NCBI GenBank assembly: GCA_043228905.1
Contig: JBHGNT010000004.1
Location: 12,338,001 to 12,402,000 of the forward strand
DNA length: 64,000 nucleotides
DNA from: Azolla caroliniana
Taxonomy: Eukaryota; Plantae; Polypodiophyta
Direction of reading: 5' to 3'
Shown here piece after piece: positions 27,101 to 38,937 of the stretch (within the stretch, counting starts at the first letter, position 1; each line of letters starts with the position of its first letter). The position numbers and the translations under genes are program-made. The notes beneath the pieces were generated by a model. It had not been told where the DNA came from. It made no database searches and was given only the letters and a program-made list of their open reading frames with translations.

Positions 27101-28101
27101 CGGATCGGCAGAACGCCGACATCTTCACCAAGCCTGTTGAGTTGCATCACCTCGACGTGCCGAACTTGAGGGGGAGAGACGTCCATGAGAACCATGGAAG
27201 GGAGCAAGAAAGGAGCGGAAAAGACCGTGACGCCGAGTAAGATGACGAATTTGATTTCGGATCGGCTGAAGAAGCCGACAACGGATCCTCGAAAGAGTCC
27301 AAAAGCAGACATAAGGGGAGCAGTCGAAAGACAGAGTCGAAGCCAACCAAGCGTGGGGAAGACGAAGCCATGAAGTGCGAGAAGACCAAAGATGAGTTGG
27401 AGATAGCCAACTCGGACAAGACTGAAAACCGATTGGAGGAAGCCGATTTGGTTCGAATGTTTGATTTGGATATGCTGAATCAACCAAGGGTCAACCGGAA
27501 GAGAAGGTAGCAGAAGAGGCGCTAGCACCACAACAACAAGGAAGCTGAAAAGGGCCGTGTAAGCAGACAAGCCGATCGGATGGGTCGAGGCGCACGGAAT
27601 CGAACGGGTCGAGGAGCGCAAGCGAGGCGTGAAGCCAGAAGGAACCGGATCGTAGATCCGGCGGAGCAGGTGGAACCTCAAGTTGAGCTTGAGGGGGAGT
27701 GTTGAGAGACAAGCTTAACATTCGTGTGTAATACGATGTGTAACCCAGTGCGTAGACTGGGTGCATAAATCGGTACGTAGAACCTGGTTGTATCTGTGCG
27801 TAAATAGAAAGGCCATTAGAGAGACATTCCTTGTAAGGAATAATTTTGGGAGTGAGTGTCGAGGCTCATTTATGAGCATTCAAGTACTGTCAGTACTTGT
27901 GTCACCCCAATTGTCAGCGCTTGTATATAAGGTGCTCACTGAGGACGAAGTATGTACAGATTAAGTATTATTTTGAATTGTTTTTCTGTGCTCTCTATCC
28001 GTCTCTCCCGCGTATTGTGTATATTCAAGCTCTCAATTAAACCTGTGTATTTTCCGTGTTCGGTTTTCGACTTGCTTCTGCACGCTATTCTTTTCAGTAT
28101 A

Positions 28102-28300
28102 ACTAGATTTGGATGCACAAGAAGACTAGGAGAAGACAACCTTCATCATGCGATGGAGCGTTTTCGTGGAGGTCCTGATGATATTCGAACTCAAAACAGA
28201 ACCTGCCACCTTCCACCGGATCATCGTGTAAATATTCGGGAACTACATTCCCGCATTCATGCAAAAAAAAATTAGATGATTTTGCAGTATATTACTACTG
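28102..28300 (+). pseudogene. Continuation of the same Gypsy RT after Copia A
   Basis: GY|N*I..ED*EKTTFI..W..F..M.F.LK..PATF resumes directly after the TSD. Confidence 0.75.
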
Positions 28301-28459
28301 AATTGAGCACCTCGACCATTCTGCGTCTAGCTAGATAGATGCCGAGAAGCCCAACCAAGTTGAAAGTGGCAAATCGTTTCCAACTGCTAGGAAATGTACT
28401 GAGACAGAGAGGAAATTAGTACTACGAAGAAAAGAGGGTGTAGAGCACTCGAGAGAACG

Positions 28460-28850
28460 AGAGCGAGAGAGAGAGAGAGAGAGATTATATTATCGTCTTC
28501 GGAGGTCAAATATGACCTATGAGACCAAAAATATTACATTTCACGTGATACGTGTGAAAGTGAGTAGTGACTCTCGATGTTCATGAACTTTACCAATGAA
28601 TGTTGCAATCGAGAGTGCACATTGTGGTTGTGAGAGGAATTCATGCAAAGATTGGGCCCGGTCAAAGAGATGTGGAAAGCATGGTTGAATATGATCAAAG
28701 GTAGAGTATTGTATCAAAGTGTGATACTCAAACTCGCGAACTTGTTTAGAGCAAAGTGTGCATAGCCGACCACTCTCATCACTTGTGCCCCAACGCCTTG
28801 TTTCACATCGCAATGCGTGTGAGCTAAGTCACATGGAACCAATGGGTCGA
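28460..28850 (-). mobile_element. 3' fragment of the RTE-X-like LINE (second copy)
   Basis: Close paralogue of 29678-30070 (RCETRRWG..RLCTLC..E.HTLIQ) ending in a (TC)n tail. Confidence 0.85.
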
Positions 28851-29540
28851 CAAGTGTCAAAGTCGTAATAGTGAAGGAGCTGAGATGGGCATGTTGAGCA
28901 GACAAGCCGACCGAGGTGGTCGAGGTGCACGGAACCAGAAAGGTCGCGGGAAACGGGACCGAACCGGACAAGGAGCGCGAGCAAGGCAGAACGACCTTAG
29001 AAGGAGCGCGATGGAAGGACCGACTACTACAAACGCTAACACCACGATCTGACCTCAAGTTGAGCTTGAGGGGAAGTGTTGAGCGAGCAAACTGAACCGG
29101 ATCCGGATCGGTATCCGGAACGAAGAACCGGATGATATTTGGATCGGTATCTGGATGATATCTAGAACCAGGAGCCGTATCGGGGAGACGGATTGGGGAG
29201 CCGTATTCAAATGTGAACTAGAAGGCTAGTAGTAGCCTATACGCGTCTAGACTACTAGGTAGTTAGAGTCCTCATAGTTAGTGTCAGTCGTTCGTATGAC
29301 CATTGAAGTACATGGCGCTTTCGTCAATCCTCCAAGGACTTGTATAAATAGTGTTGTCAAGCATATTGTATGTACGGAGTGTTATTACTTTTTGAATAGA
29401 TTTTACATTATGCTCTCTTTGTGTCTCTCCCTCGCATATTCTCTGTGTTAAGCTTCCATTGAACCTTTCTCTCTATTGTTGCTATCCGGTAGAGTTGGTT
29501 TGTAATACGCTTCCACACGTTCACATTCACATTCTTCTCG
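28851..29540 (+). mobile_element. Copia A-related 3' end: tail, PPT and 3' LTR
   Basis: CCTCAAGTTGAGCTTGAGGGGAAG|TGTTGAG at ~29077; TATAAATA at ~29343. End approximate. Confidence 0.7.
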
Positions 29541-29677
29541 AACGTCGGCATAGAACACAACACAGGTGGATGGGCTAGATCAAGCTACCAACCTCGCTCT
29601 GATACCATGTAAAGAATCGATGGTGATTCTTGTGCAGCGGATTAGATTAGAGATGTCTGTTGTGTGTATGCTTGTGG

Positions 29678-31831
29678 GAGAGAGAGAGAGAGAGAGATAA
29701 ATAGATTATATTATCGTCTTCGGAGGTCAAATATGACCTATGAGACAAAAAATATTACAATTCACGTGATACGTGTGAAGGTGAGTAGTGACTCTCGATG
29801 TTCAAGAACTTTACCAATGAATGTTGCAATTGAGAGTGCACATCGTGGTTGTGAGAGAAATTCGTGCAAGGATTGGGCTCGATCAAAGAGATGTGGAAAG
29901 CATGGTCGAATATGATCGAAGGTAGAGCATTGTATCAAAGTGTGATACTTAGACTCTCGAACTTGTTTAGGGCAAAGTGTGCATAGTCGGCCACTCTCAT
30001 CACTTGTGCCCCAACGCCCCGTCTCACATCTCAATGTGTGCGAGCTAAGTCACATGGAAGCAATGGTTCGAATGGCAAATATCGGGATGGGCTCTAACAT
30101 GTATTGATGTGTATGGGTTCCCCGTTCCGCAAAGAATATGGTTTTGTAGTTAGGTGCAACATGTGTAGTATAATGTGTGAAGCGCGAGCCTCCACATTTG
30201 TCGCATGTCATGATACATTGGTGTTGCAAAAAGGCCTCATTTATAGAGGAATCTAATGATGCATCATGAAGCAAGTGTTTCGCATCCCATCTACCAAACC
30301 ATTTTTCTATATCTTGCATCCAACCGGAACACAAAATTTTGTTTTTATGCGTCTTTTGGATCTTTTTGCTTGCTTCCCACACAATTCTAGGAAGTCAATG
30401 TGAGGGACTTTTTTGAACCTTAAGCATGTATTCAACAACCCCCATGGCCATGATCTCAATGGGAAGCGATCCCGTCTCAAGGAGCAAGAGGGTGTAGGGC
30501 GTTTGTTTCTGAACTTGCAGAAACTTTGTAAGAAAATGTTTTTGGACATTTTCAAACTCTTTCCACATAGATTTAAGGGATGCTACCGCCCCATACTTCC
30601 ACCCCATAGAGAAGAACCGGTGTCACCAAAGTGTCGAAAAGATATTTCTTGAGGACCCAACACTTAATATCTCCAAGATTGCATGTGTTCTCAAATGCAT
30701 AGTATGCTCGCTTACCCGCCTCTAAGCGGCGTGTAGCACATTCATTCCATCTATCATTTGAAGGAACTTCAAGGCCAAGATATTTGAAGCTTTCCACACA
30801 TTCATGTGGCTCATTGTTGTATATAATGCATGGTTTATCTCTTTTTTGGCTCTTCACAAGCATAATCTTTGTTTTAGAGGTATTGACACTTAATTTAGTA
30901 TGCATGCAATTTTTTTTCCAATGCCTTCATAAGCTTTTGTGCTCTCTTAAAGTATTTTGAAAAAGCACTACATCATCTGCATATAGGAAAAGCATAATCA
31001 CAACATTCCCAATGGCAACTTCTTCAACACATTCTTCCTTTCCAAACTTGGTGAGAGTGGGCATCCTTGCTTAACACCAATAGTGCTTTTGAAAACTTCT
31101 TCAACACATTCTTCCAATTCATCAATGCATAGACCAAATAGTGTTGGTGAGAGTGGGCATCCTTGCTTAACACCAGTAGTGCTTTTGAAAAAATCTGAAA
31201 GTTTATCTCTCATGCGCACACAACATATAACCTTCTCATAAATTCGGGAAATTGCAAGCATATATTCACTTGGCACCTCAAGTTCTTCCATTCGCCTCCA
31301 AAGATGCTCAGAGTTACCATATCAAAAGCTTTCTTGCAACAATATAAACCTTTACCTCGAAGGCGCTTTCCTCCATTAATACTCGAAGGGTGCTATGGTG
31401 TTTCCGAAAGCCAGCTTGTCCATAAGCTCTCTTACCACTTTTTTCAGCCCATACACTACTTATCTTTGATTCCATTATACATCCAAATAGTTTTGCCATT
31501 AATGAGCCAACCATGATGGTCCGATAGTTGTTTACATTATTTATATCTCCACCTTAATGTAAAGGTTTGATCCAATTTGTAGTCCAATCGTACGACATAC
31601 CATGTTGCAATGCATCATTAAACATATATCTTATTCATATATGTGATTCCTTTCCCGTCCATTTGAGCATTTCAGCCTTTATACATTGAAGATCGCTTGC
31701 CTTTGGAGAGGCCAATTTCTTAAGTCCTATGCATATATCTTCAATTGTAAAGGAGGCATATGTGAAAGAGAACCATAACACATCATCTTTCCGGCAAGAG
31801 CTAACTCATATAAATTCTTACAATGCATAGC
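29678..31831 (-). mobile_element. LINE (RTE-X-like) RT and C-terminal Cys/His region, decayed
   Basis: NYRTIM, QAGFR, GVKQGCPLSPTLF, YADD (~30975-30985), FKYLG, LLYGVEVWG, LLETG, H.LRCETGRW..R.C.LC..H...C; (TC)n 3' tail. Confidence 0.85.
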
Positions 31832-32309
31832 TGTTAAGAGTCTATTACTAATCAATAGACCAAATCAAGTAAAAAGGAAGAAAATAGATTGGATAGAAGA
31901 ACCCGTTCCACCCGACCACCCCCGAGCTATGATCTAGACATAGCCAACCTACCACCGACGTCCCATACCGCCGGATATTAGGATGACTAATACCTTGGAA
32001 GAGATAAACACGATCGTCGAGACGAAAGCCTAGCCCGCACCACCGGTGTCTACGACAGCAGCCTTCCGACGTGATTCCTATGAGGGTAGCTAAGCCTCAT
32101 ATTTATACCTTTTCCTAGGCCCCTTGAATAGATGTGCCTTTCTAAAAGGCTCTCTATTCATTGGTTGTCTAAATCATGATAGTGCATGCACATATCATTC
32201 ATTCTATCCAATCATTAGTCCCCTTTTTAATAATAGTGAACATACCCTTCACTAATGTAAATATTAGTGACCTACCCTCACCAACGTTATGTGTACATAA
32301 CATACTCCC

Positions 32310-35300
32310 CTACTTCAAAAGATTGCACTCTTGCAATATAAAGTGAGGAAATTGTGCCTTAAGCGAATGCTCGCGTTCCCATGTGGCATCATCAATAGGT
32401 TTATCCATCCATTTGATCTTGAATAGCCGAATCTCTTTAGAACGTAAACGTTTAGTACGAGAATCAAGAATTCGTTCAGGAACATGAGGTTTGTAAGAAA
32501 AATCCTCTAATGTTACAAGATCTTGGATTGTGATGGTGTTATCACCAGAGCCTAAAAATGGTTTTAGACGACTGACGTGAAAAACAGGATGAATACCAAC
32601 GTTACGAGGTAAGGCAAGGTGATAAGCAGATGACCCAACTCGCTTAAGGATTTCAAATGGGCCACAATATCGTGGGGCTAACTTAGCGCACTTGCCCGTA
32701 GATAATGACGTAGAATCAGTCGGGACACGCAAAAAAACTTTTTGACCAATAGTAAATGCACGAGGACGTCTATCCTGATCAGCATAAAATCGAGCACGAT
32801 CTTGAGTTGTCTTGACATTTTCTTTGGCAATATGCAACATTTGGTTCATGCCTTGCAAAAAATTGCGTGTACTGTCTAATGTATCACGATGAATCGTGAC
32901 ATCAACTGGGGCACGTGGCTGAAAACCATACATCAACATAAAAGGACTATATCCAGTGGATGTATGTTTAGAGCTATTATAGGCAAATTCTAAGATAGGA
33001 AGGTATTGCTCCCACTTAGAAGGGGTTTTTGCTACATAAGCTCGAAGCATGTCCTCAATAATTTGATTAACTCGTTCAGTTTGTCCATCAGACTGAGGAT
33101 GATCTACGGAACTCATGCTCAACGTAGTTTCTAGTTTCTTAAAGACCTGAGTCCAAAAGTCACTAGTAAACTTGGAATCTCGATCACTAACAATATCCAT
33201 CGGTAATCCATAAAAACGAAATAACTCATCAACAAATTGATAAGCCAACTGTTGAGCGGTTACCGTGGTTTTTGTAGGAATAAATCTAGCTAATTTTGTT
33301 AGCCTGTCAACGACAACCCATATGGCATCATGACCCCTCTGTGTACGAGGTAAACTAACAATAAAATCCATCGAGATACTTTCCCATTTATTGTTGGGAA
33401 TATCTAAGGGATGTAAAAGACCAGCAGCTTTAAGTCGTTCCGACTTATTAATCTGACATTGTAAGCATTGAGTTACGTATTTATGCACGTCAGAGCGCAT
33501 CTTAGGCCAGAAAAAAGTACACGAGATGAGAACGAGTGTGCGTTGTATTCCAGGATGACCAGCAGATGGTGCATCATGACATTCATGAAAAAATTTCTGT
33601 TTAACATTTGGTAAATCTGGAACACAGACCTTTCCACTACGGTAGAGCAAACCGTTTGTAATGTGAAAGGTCGCCTTCGAGGGTAGGGTGCTAGTATCGG
33701 CATCTAAACCAGATTCGGCTTTCGTCCAGTATTTTGAGAAATAACTGTCATCAAGGTATTTCCCTCGAAGGTGATCTAAAAGATCAGATTTTATTTCCGT
33801 GAAGCTAAGCATGTTAACTTCTTTAATGCGACTAAGAGCATCAGCAACGGTGTTCATAGAACCCTTGCGATATCGTATGGAAAAATCAAAATCTTGCATA
33901 AGGTCAGCCCAACGGCCTTTACGACCAACAAGATCGGGCTGGTCACAAAAATACTTTAATGATTGATGGTCTGTTGTAACCACAAATTTATTTCCATAGA
34001 GATAGTGCCTCCACGTTTTAAGTGCGTGTATCACCGCAAACAACTCTTTCTCTTGAACCGAATACCGAGATTGAGCAGCATCAAGCTTCTTACTTTCAAA
34101 AGCAATAGGGTGACCACCTTGATAAAGAACGGCACCAATAGCATAATCACTAGCATCGATTTCAATTGAGAAAGGCTTAGAAGGGTCTGGTAATAGAAGA
34201 GTGGGAGCCTGACACACATGCTCCTTGAGTGTCTCAAATGATTTGTCAAGTTGTTCATTCCATGAAATTGGTTTGACAGACTTACGTGGATGACCTTTTA
34301 AAAGGTCAGTTAATGGCGTAGTCAATTTGGAATAGTTACGAATTGATTTTCGTAAAAATCCAACAAACCCTAAGAATGATCTAAGTTCACGAATATTACG
34401 AGGAATGGGCCAAAGTTTAACCTTTTCAATACGAGAAGGTTCAATTTCAACGCCATTTTCTGTAATTAAATGACCTAGGTACACAATAGATTTTTGGAAG
34501 AAGTCACATTTTGAATGTTTTGCATAGAAAGAGTTGTCACGCAACTTTCGCAAAACAAATCGAACATGTTGAACATGATCTTGCAAGGTACGGCTATATA
34601 TCAAAATATCATCCAAGAAGACGACAACAAAATCACCGAGTTGATCTCGGAAAACATCATTCATCGCTTGTTGGAATGTGGCTGGAGCATTAGTCAACCC
34701 AAATGGCATGACTAAAAACTCATAATGGCCATAGCGCGTACGCAAAGCGGTTTTAGGAATATCATCCTCGGCGATGCGAATCTGATGATAACCAGTTCGT
34801 AAGTCAATTTTCGTAAAATATCGAGCCCCGTGCAAACGATCAATCAAATCATTGGCACGAGGTAATGGATATGCATTCTTAATTGTCATTTTATTCAAAC
34901 GGCGATAATTGATACACATTCGCCACGAACCTTCCTTCTTCTTGACTAATAGGACTGGCGCACCCCAAGGTGATTTACTATACCTAATGTGGCCCATACT
35001 CAAGTATTCCTTAAGTTGTTTAGCGATCTCATCCTCTTCTAATCGACTAAGTCGGTAAGGTGGAATGCTCACAGGAGCAGCCCCAGGGATGAGTTCAATT
35101 TGATGGTCCACATTACGTTTAGGTGGTAAAGTAAGCGGTAATTCAGTAGGAAACACATCTTGAAAATCCTCTAAAATAGAGTCGAGTAATCGTTGCTCAA
35201 AATGTGGTAATTGTGTGGCGTCAATATTAAAATAATAAAATTGAACCGCAGGATCAATTACACACGAATAAATTAATGAACTAGAATACTCACTTAAAGA

Positions 35301-36713
35301 TTTAGAAGACACAAGTGAATGAGAAGGAAGTTTGGAACATTGAATAAAATGTTTACAATTATTAAGTTCAAATGTGATTGAGTGATTAACCCAATCAATG
35401 GACAAAGAAGGGTTTTTATTAAAAAACCAAGGATATCCTAAAATGACATCTGCGGATTGTAATTTCATAACATGAAAGTCAAGCTTCTCCAAATAAGTAT
35501 CTATTTGAATTGGCAGTTGACAAACAATGCCACTGATGTATTGAACGTTTCCATTTGCCATGTGAACTTGATAGATATGATCACTTGCGTTTATGTGGAG
35601 CTCCATTTGTTGCACAAAGTGATCATTAAGAAAATTGTGAGAACTACCGGAATCAAACAAGAAATGTGCTTGTGTTCCATTGATATATCCGACTGCTCGG
35701 AGTAAATCATTAGGTCCAAGTAAATGTGAAGGAAAAGTGCATTCACATAAACTTAAGTGATTGGTATGAACTTCAACAATATCAAAAGACTCACCTGTGT
35801 GACTCGTAGATTTGTCTTGAGGAGGGGTGTTCATTGACTTCCTCTCAAGACGACGACAGGTATCCTTTGTGTGGCCCCGCTTCTTGCAATATGCACAGAA
35901 GAGGTTCGGTTTCTTTGAGTCGCGGTCAAGAGTGTCACTGGATTGCTTACGTTTCCCAATGAACTTGACATTCGGAGTTTTGGCGAACTCAGGTTTATTG
36001 TGGTCTTTCTTGGAAGTCCTATGGTATCGCAGCACAATGTTGACGGCTTCCTCAAAAGTTGTGGGGTCCTTGTCATGGACAATCCAATGATAATCCCCAT
36101 TGGGAATACCATTCAAAAAACAAGCGACAAACCATTTCTCACCCGTAAGTCCCGATTTTTGGATCTGGGTCCGTGCGTGATGCACATAATCCTCGAGAGA
36201 GGTAAATGGCTTACTAGACAATGTGAGCAAGTGTTGCGCTTGTTCGGTTTGAGAAGGTGGCTGCAAGAATTGTTTCTTAAAAACATCAACGAAACCTTCC
36301 CAAGTTGTGGGTAAGTTTTTTGCGGTCCTTAGGCCACGCCACCAAGCAGCAGCTCGGCCACCTAACTCACGACCGACATAACCAATTTTTACTGCATCGG
36401 GCTTGGGATAAAGCTCAAAGTGAGACTCCCAACGACCAAGCCAAGTGCTAATGGCCTCCTCGGTTCTTTCTTTCTTATCTCCCTTGAAAGGCGTGACTAG
36501 GAAGGAAGGTTCACCTTCTTTCTTGGACTCAATAGTTAATTCTTGGAATTTCTTTTCCAATGCCATATTGGCCTGTCTCATTTCGGCCAATTGATTCAAG
36601 GTAGTAGTGAGCAATTGCTCAATAGTGATCTCAGCTTGTGTGCGAGATGCGGATTGGGGTTGAGAGGTCTCATTTGGAGAGATCGTTCCAACTGCGTTGA
36701 AAACTTGTTCCAT
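32310..36713 (-). CDS. Gag-Pol polyprotein, 1467 aa (Gag-CCHC, protease, RT, RNase H, integrase, chromodomain)
   Basis: Uninterrupted ORF: CAYCKKRGHTKDTC, FDSGSSHNF, DLRTGYHQ, FLDD, IDASD, HHCC, ISMDF, GPF, PERILDSR..IKW..DATWE. Confidence 0.96.
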   Translation of the reverse strand: MEQVFNAVGTISPNETSQPQSASRTQAEITIEQLLTTTLNQLAEMRQANMALEKKFQELTIESKKEGEPSFLVTPFKGDKKERTEEAISTWLGRWESHFELYPKPDAVKIGYVGRELGGRAAAWWRGLRTAKNLPTTWEGFVDVFKKQFLQPPSQTEQAQHLLTLSSKPFTSLEDYVHHARTQIQKSGLTGEKWFVACFLNGIPNGDYHWIVHDKDPTTFEEAVNIVLRYHRTSKKDHNKPEFAKTPNVKFIGKRKQSSDTLDRDSKKPNLFCAYCKKRGHTKDTCRRLERKSMNTPPQDKSTSHTGESFDIVEVHTNHLSLCECTFPSHLLGPNDLLRAVGYINGTQAHFLFDSGSSHNFLNDHFVQQMELHINASDHIYQVHMANGNVQYISGIVCQLPIQIDTYLEKLDFHVMKLQSADVILGYPWFFNKNPSLSIDWVNHSITFELNNCKHFIQCSKLPSHSLVSSKSLSEYSSSLIYSCVIDPAVQFYYFNIDATQLPHFEQRLLDSILEDFQDVFPTELPLTLPPKRNVDHQIELIPGAAPVSIPPYRLSRLEEDEIAKQLKEYLSMGHIRYSKSPWGAPVLLVKKKEGSWRMCINYRRLNKMTIKNAYPLPRANDLIDRLHGARYFTKIDLRTGYHQIRIAEDDIPKTALRTRYGHYEFLVMPFGLTNAPATFQQAMNDVFRDQLGDFVVVFLDDILIYSRTLQDHVQHVRFVLRKLRDNSFYAKHSKCDFFQKSIVYLGHLITENGVEIEPSRIEKVKLWPIPRNIRELRSFLGFVGFLRKSIRNYSKLTTPLTDLLKGHPRKSVKPISWNEQLDKSFETLKEHVCQAPTLLLPDPSKPFSIEIDASDYAIGAVLYQGGHPIAFESKKLDAAQSRYSVQEKELFAVIHALKTWRHYLYGNKFVVTTDHQSLKYFCDQPDLVGRKGRWADLMQDFDFSIRYRKGSMNTVADALSRIKEVNMLSFTEIKSDLLDHLRGKYLDDSYFSKYWTKAESGLDADTSTLPSKATFHITNGLLYRSGKVCVPDLPNVKQKFFHECHDAPSAGHPGIQRTLVLISCTFFWPKMRSDVHKYVTQCLQCQINKSERLKAAGLLHPLDIPNNKWESISMDFIVSLPRTQRGHDAIWVVVDRLTKLARFIPTKTTVTAQQLAYQFVDELFRFYGLPMDIVSDRDSKFTSDFWTQVFKKLETTLSMSSVDHPQSDGQTERVNQIIEDMLRAYVAKTPSKWEQYLPILEFAYNSSKHTSTGYSPFMLMYGFQPRAPVDVTIHRDTLDSTRNFLQGMNQMLHIAKENVKTTQDRARFYADQDRRPRAFTIGQKVFLRVPTDSTSLSTGKCAKLAPRYCGPFEILKRVGSSAYHLALPRNVGIHPVFHVSRLKPFLGSGDNTITIQDLVTLEDFSYKPHVPERILDSRTKRLRSKEIRLFKIKWMDKPIDDATWEREHSLKAQFPHFILQECNLLK

Positions 36714-37694
36714 GATGCACGCTGTGGGTATGCAATAAAATAAGGAGGTTCAGAAAATACACAAGAAAAATGAATGCTTGAAATTTTGATTGAAGGAACT
36801 TTATCCAAGAAAGTATCTCATGTCTTTACCCCTCTAGACATATGAGATGTGATTCGAGATCCGATAACTATGGTAACACTATGGTGTTTTAAAAACCATG
36901 GGGGAAAACATAGCTAAGATGTATTTCTCGGATCTCTATCTTGAGTAATCATGGCGGCTCCCTGAGGCTCAACCATGGTTCTTACATCAATGAAATTTCC
37001 TAGATAGCCTTATATTAATGCCAACCCATCATGTATTATATGGTCGAGAAAGTGTATTACGTGAAAAAACAAGTGCACTCACAAGTAATATTCTAGTCTT
37101 GCGAGCAATAAGCAAACGTGATGATAAAATGATAAAATAAGGCACTACTCATAAGAGTTAAGTAGTGACGAAAATAAGGGTAAAAAAAAAAGAACCCATG
37201 TGTTACCTACGAAAAAAACAATGTCACAAATAAATGGGAAGTGCAAGGTATGCACATATACATCCCAATATGATTGTTATAACTTGCACAATTGTGACAT
37301 AAGCCACAAATTGATACAAGTGATGACGGTGTTGTGCGCAAAGATGTAATACTCAAATCCATGAGTAAAACATCAATAAGGGAACTCATATGGTTTTACT
37401 CGTTTTCTAAGGCTTGATGATAAGAGTTAAACCTAGATGACCCGTTGAAAAAAAATCGTTCAACAAGCCACTCCATACGAAAAAAATAGTCTACACGTAA
37501 AGGTTACATTAAAATAAACGATGTAAATACTTTATACACGAAAAGGAAGTGGAAAAAGGAGAGTTAATTGTGGGCGGGTAAATAATAATTACTAGAAAAT
37601 CATATAAGTGAAACAATACTTATGAAATTAAAATTTAATTAGAATAATCAACAATTAGGTGTATGGAATCAAACATGCCCTAAGATACGAAACC

Positions 37695-38040
37695 CTAGGG
37701 TAGTTGACATGCACCTCCTCAAGACCACCACATATCCCTAGAATCGGCCAAGTAATGGCTAATTAAAGAGGAACGTGGCATAGGTAAGTGACATATACCT
37801 CGTCAAGGCCACATCATCCCTTAGAATCGGCCAATTGATGGCTAATTAAAAAGGAAAGTGGCATATGTAAGCTACATATACCTTGTCAAGGCCACAACAT
37901 CCCATAGAATCGGCCAATTGATGGCTTAATAGAGAGTAGAGTGGCATAGGTAGGCAACATACACCTCGTCAAGGCCACATCATCCCTTAGAATCGGCCAA
38001 GTGATGGCTCAATAGAGAGGAAGAGTGGTATACTCAACAT
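37695..38040. repeat. 83-bp tandem repeat, about 4 copies, in the 5' leader of Gypsy C
   Basis: CCTCGTCAAGGCCACATCATCCCTTAGAATCGGCCAA..GATGGCT at ~37714, 37798, 37881 and 37964. Confidence 0.9.
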
Positions 38041-38937
38041 CATATGCAAAACGGCCATGAGATAAGCGTGTGCGATTAGAGGAAACACGCTCGACCCAAT
38101 GCACAAGAATTATTATTATCGTAAGAGTTCAAGAGAGGAGAGAGTGGGATATATATCGCAATATGCAAAAGGCCATGAGTTGAGCGTGTGCGATTAGTGC
38201 AAACACGCTCGGCCCGATGCATAATAATAAGTAAAATCGTAGCGTAGTAGGAGGTAGAAAGAAAGAGAATAAAACGTAATACCAATTTGATTCGACCATA
38301 AAGAACGCATAATAGAAAAAGAGAAGAGATCAAAAAAGAAGAATATCGGGTTTAGAGTGTTGTTTTGATCCTGAGAAGACGAGCCTTGTTAGATCCCCCT
38401 CGCTCACACGCAAAAAACATCAAAACAACAAAAAAATTGTTAGTAAAAGCTCTAATACCACTGTTAAGAGTCTATTACTAATCAATAGACCAAATCAAGT
38501 AAAAAGGAAGAAAATAGATTGGATAGAAGAACCCGTTCCACCCGACCACCCCCGAGCTATGATCTAGACATAGCCAACCTACCACCGACGTCCCATACCG
38601 CCGGATATTAGGATGACTAATACCTTGGAAGAGATAAACACGATCGTCGAGACGAAAGCCTAGCCCGCACCACCGGTGTCTACGACAGCAGCCTTCTGAC
38701 GTGATTCCTATGAGGGTAGCTTAGCCTCATATTTATACCTTTTCCTAGGCCCCTTGAATAGATGTGCCTTTCTAAAAGGCTCTCTATTCATTGGTTGTCT
38801 AAATCATGATAGTGCATGCACATATCATTCATTCTATCCAATCATTAGTCCCCTTTTTAATAATAGTGAACATACCCTTCACTAATGTAAATATTAGTGA
38901 CCTACCCTCACCAACGTTATGTGTACATAACAATAGC

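Larger units (their letters stand above)
15035..28096 (+). mobile_element. Copia A: both LTRs present, decayed, internal integrase deletion, hosts Gypsy B
   Basis: LTRs 15035-15431 and 27700-28096 (397 bp, roughly 10% divergent). TSD GTATA at 15030-15034 and 28097-28101. PBS TGGTATCAGAG at 15432, PPT GAGGGGGAG before the 3' LTR. Gag 15515-16085 and 24156-24490, RT (KARLVAKG, MDVKNAFL, LYVDD), RNase H (ADIFTK). Confidence 0.95.
31832..38932 (-). mobile_element. Gypsy C: intact, very recent chromovirus
   Basis: 471-bp LTRs 38462-38932 and 31832-32302 with two differences seen. TSD ATAGC at 31827-31831 and 38933-38937. iMet PBS (reverse GCTCTAATACCA, 38449-38460). PPT GAAGTAGGGGAG. Confidence 0.97.

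Noticed and set aside
26992-27681. 229-aa hydrophobic antisense ORF as an env-like gene
   Set aside because: It is the shadow of a purine-rich sense strand, which gives L/F/S/V codons; no env features.
37695-38040. CRISPR-like array (also the arrays at 500-1275 and 4860-5600)
   Set aside because: Whole units repeat with no unique spacers, there are no cas genes, and the context is eukaryotic.
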